Shown here: positions 63,796-64,000 of the stretch, piece by piece
Numbering within the stretch: position 1 is the first letter of the stretch
Layout of the letters: each line of letters opens with the position of its first letter
From: Chiloscyllium plagiosum
Lineage: Eukaryota
Direction of reading: 5' to 3'
Assembly: GCF_004010195.1 (NCBI RefSeq)
Contig: NC_057719.1
Location: forward strand, 33,255,520 to 33,319,519
DNA length: 64,000 bases
Position numbers and translations under genes: made by a program
Notes under the pieces: generated by a model
What the model saw: only the letters and a program-made list of their open reading frames with translations
Told to the model about the DNA's origin: nothing
Database searches by the model: none

Positions 63796-63891
63796 CTCCT
63801 GTTCCCTGGATGCTGCCTGACCTGCTGTGCTGTTCCAGCAATAAAGTTTCAACTTTGATCTCCAGCATCTGCAGACCTCACTTTCTCCTCC
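63760..63891 (+). mobile_element. Young 132-bp solo Penelope pLTR unit (family A) nested in an older copy, 8-bp target-site duplication
   Basis: ttggtaaa at 63752-63759 and 63892-63899; the host copy runs from ~63715 to the window end. Confidence 0.85.
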
Positions 63892-64000
63892 TTGGTAAAG
63901 TGTGGCATTGGAAAAAGCACAGCAGGTCAGACAACATCTGAAGAGCAAGAGAGTCAATGTTTCAGTCATAGCCATGCAGTCCTGATGAAGAGTTATGCCT

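Noticed and set aside
60032..64000. Search for the upstream MDGA2 Ig1 exon or a promoter
   Set aside because: No matching peptide and no CpG island; the region is intronic.

Overview
Eukaryotic (vertebrate) genomic DNA, almost certainly a cartilaginous fish. This is inferred from the abundant HE1-type V-SINEs, CR1/HER1-type LINEs and shark-type C2H2 zinc-finger remnants; a bamboo-shark-like genome is only a guess. The window lies inside one large minus-strand gene, MDGA2 (MAM domain-containing GPI anchor protein 2). Three internal coding exons are present: 60031-59835 (197 nt), 44269-44137 (133 nt) and 23267-22998 (270 nt). They have canonical AG/GT boundaries and compatible phases and encode Ig2 and Ig3. 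The rest is intron packed with transposable-element debris: CR1 LINEs, a Rex1/Babar LINE, HE1 and other SINEs, two or more Penelope-like families, a decayed Gypsy element, a Tigger-like MITE and a Harbinger-type Myb/SANT fragment. There are two assembly gaps. The most notable observations are: (1) more than a dozen minimal hammerhead-ribozyme motifs in three sequence families, carried by Penelope pseudo-LTRs and by short solo or palindromic derivatives with their own 8-15 bp target-site duplications; (2) a ~1.08 kb palindrome centred on one such unit; (3) a 164-bp, 97%-identical direct repeat bracketing the symmetric Ig3 exon; (4) a decayed 28S rRNA fragment covering the peptidyl-transferase and sarcin-ricin region. 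Repeat boundaries were read by eye and are approximate. Family names come from recognition, not database searches.
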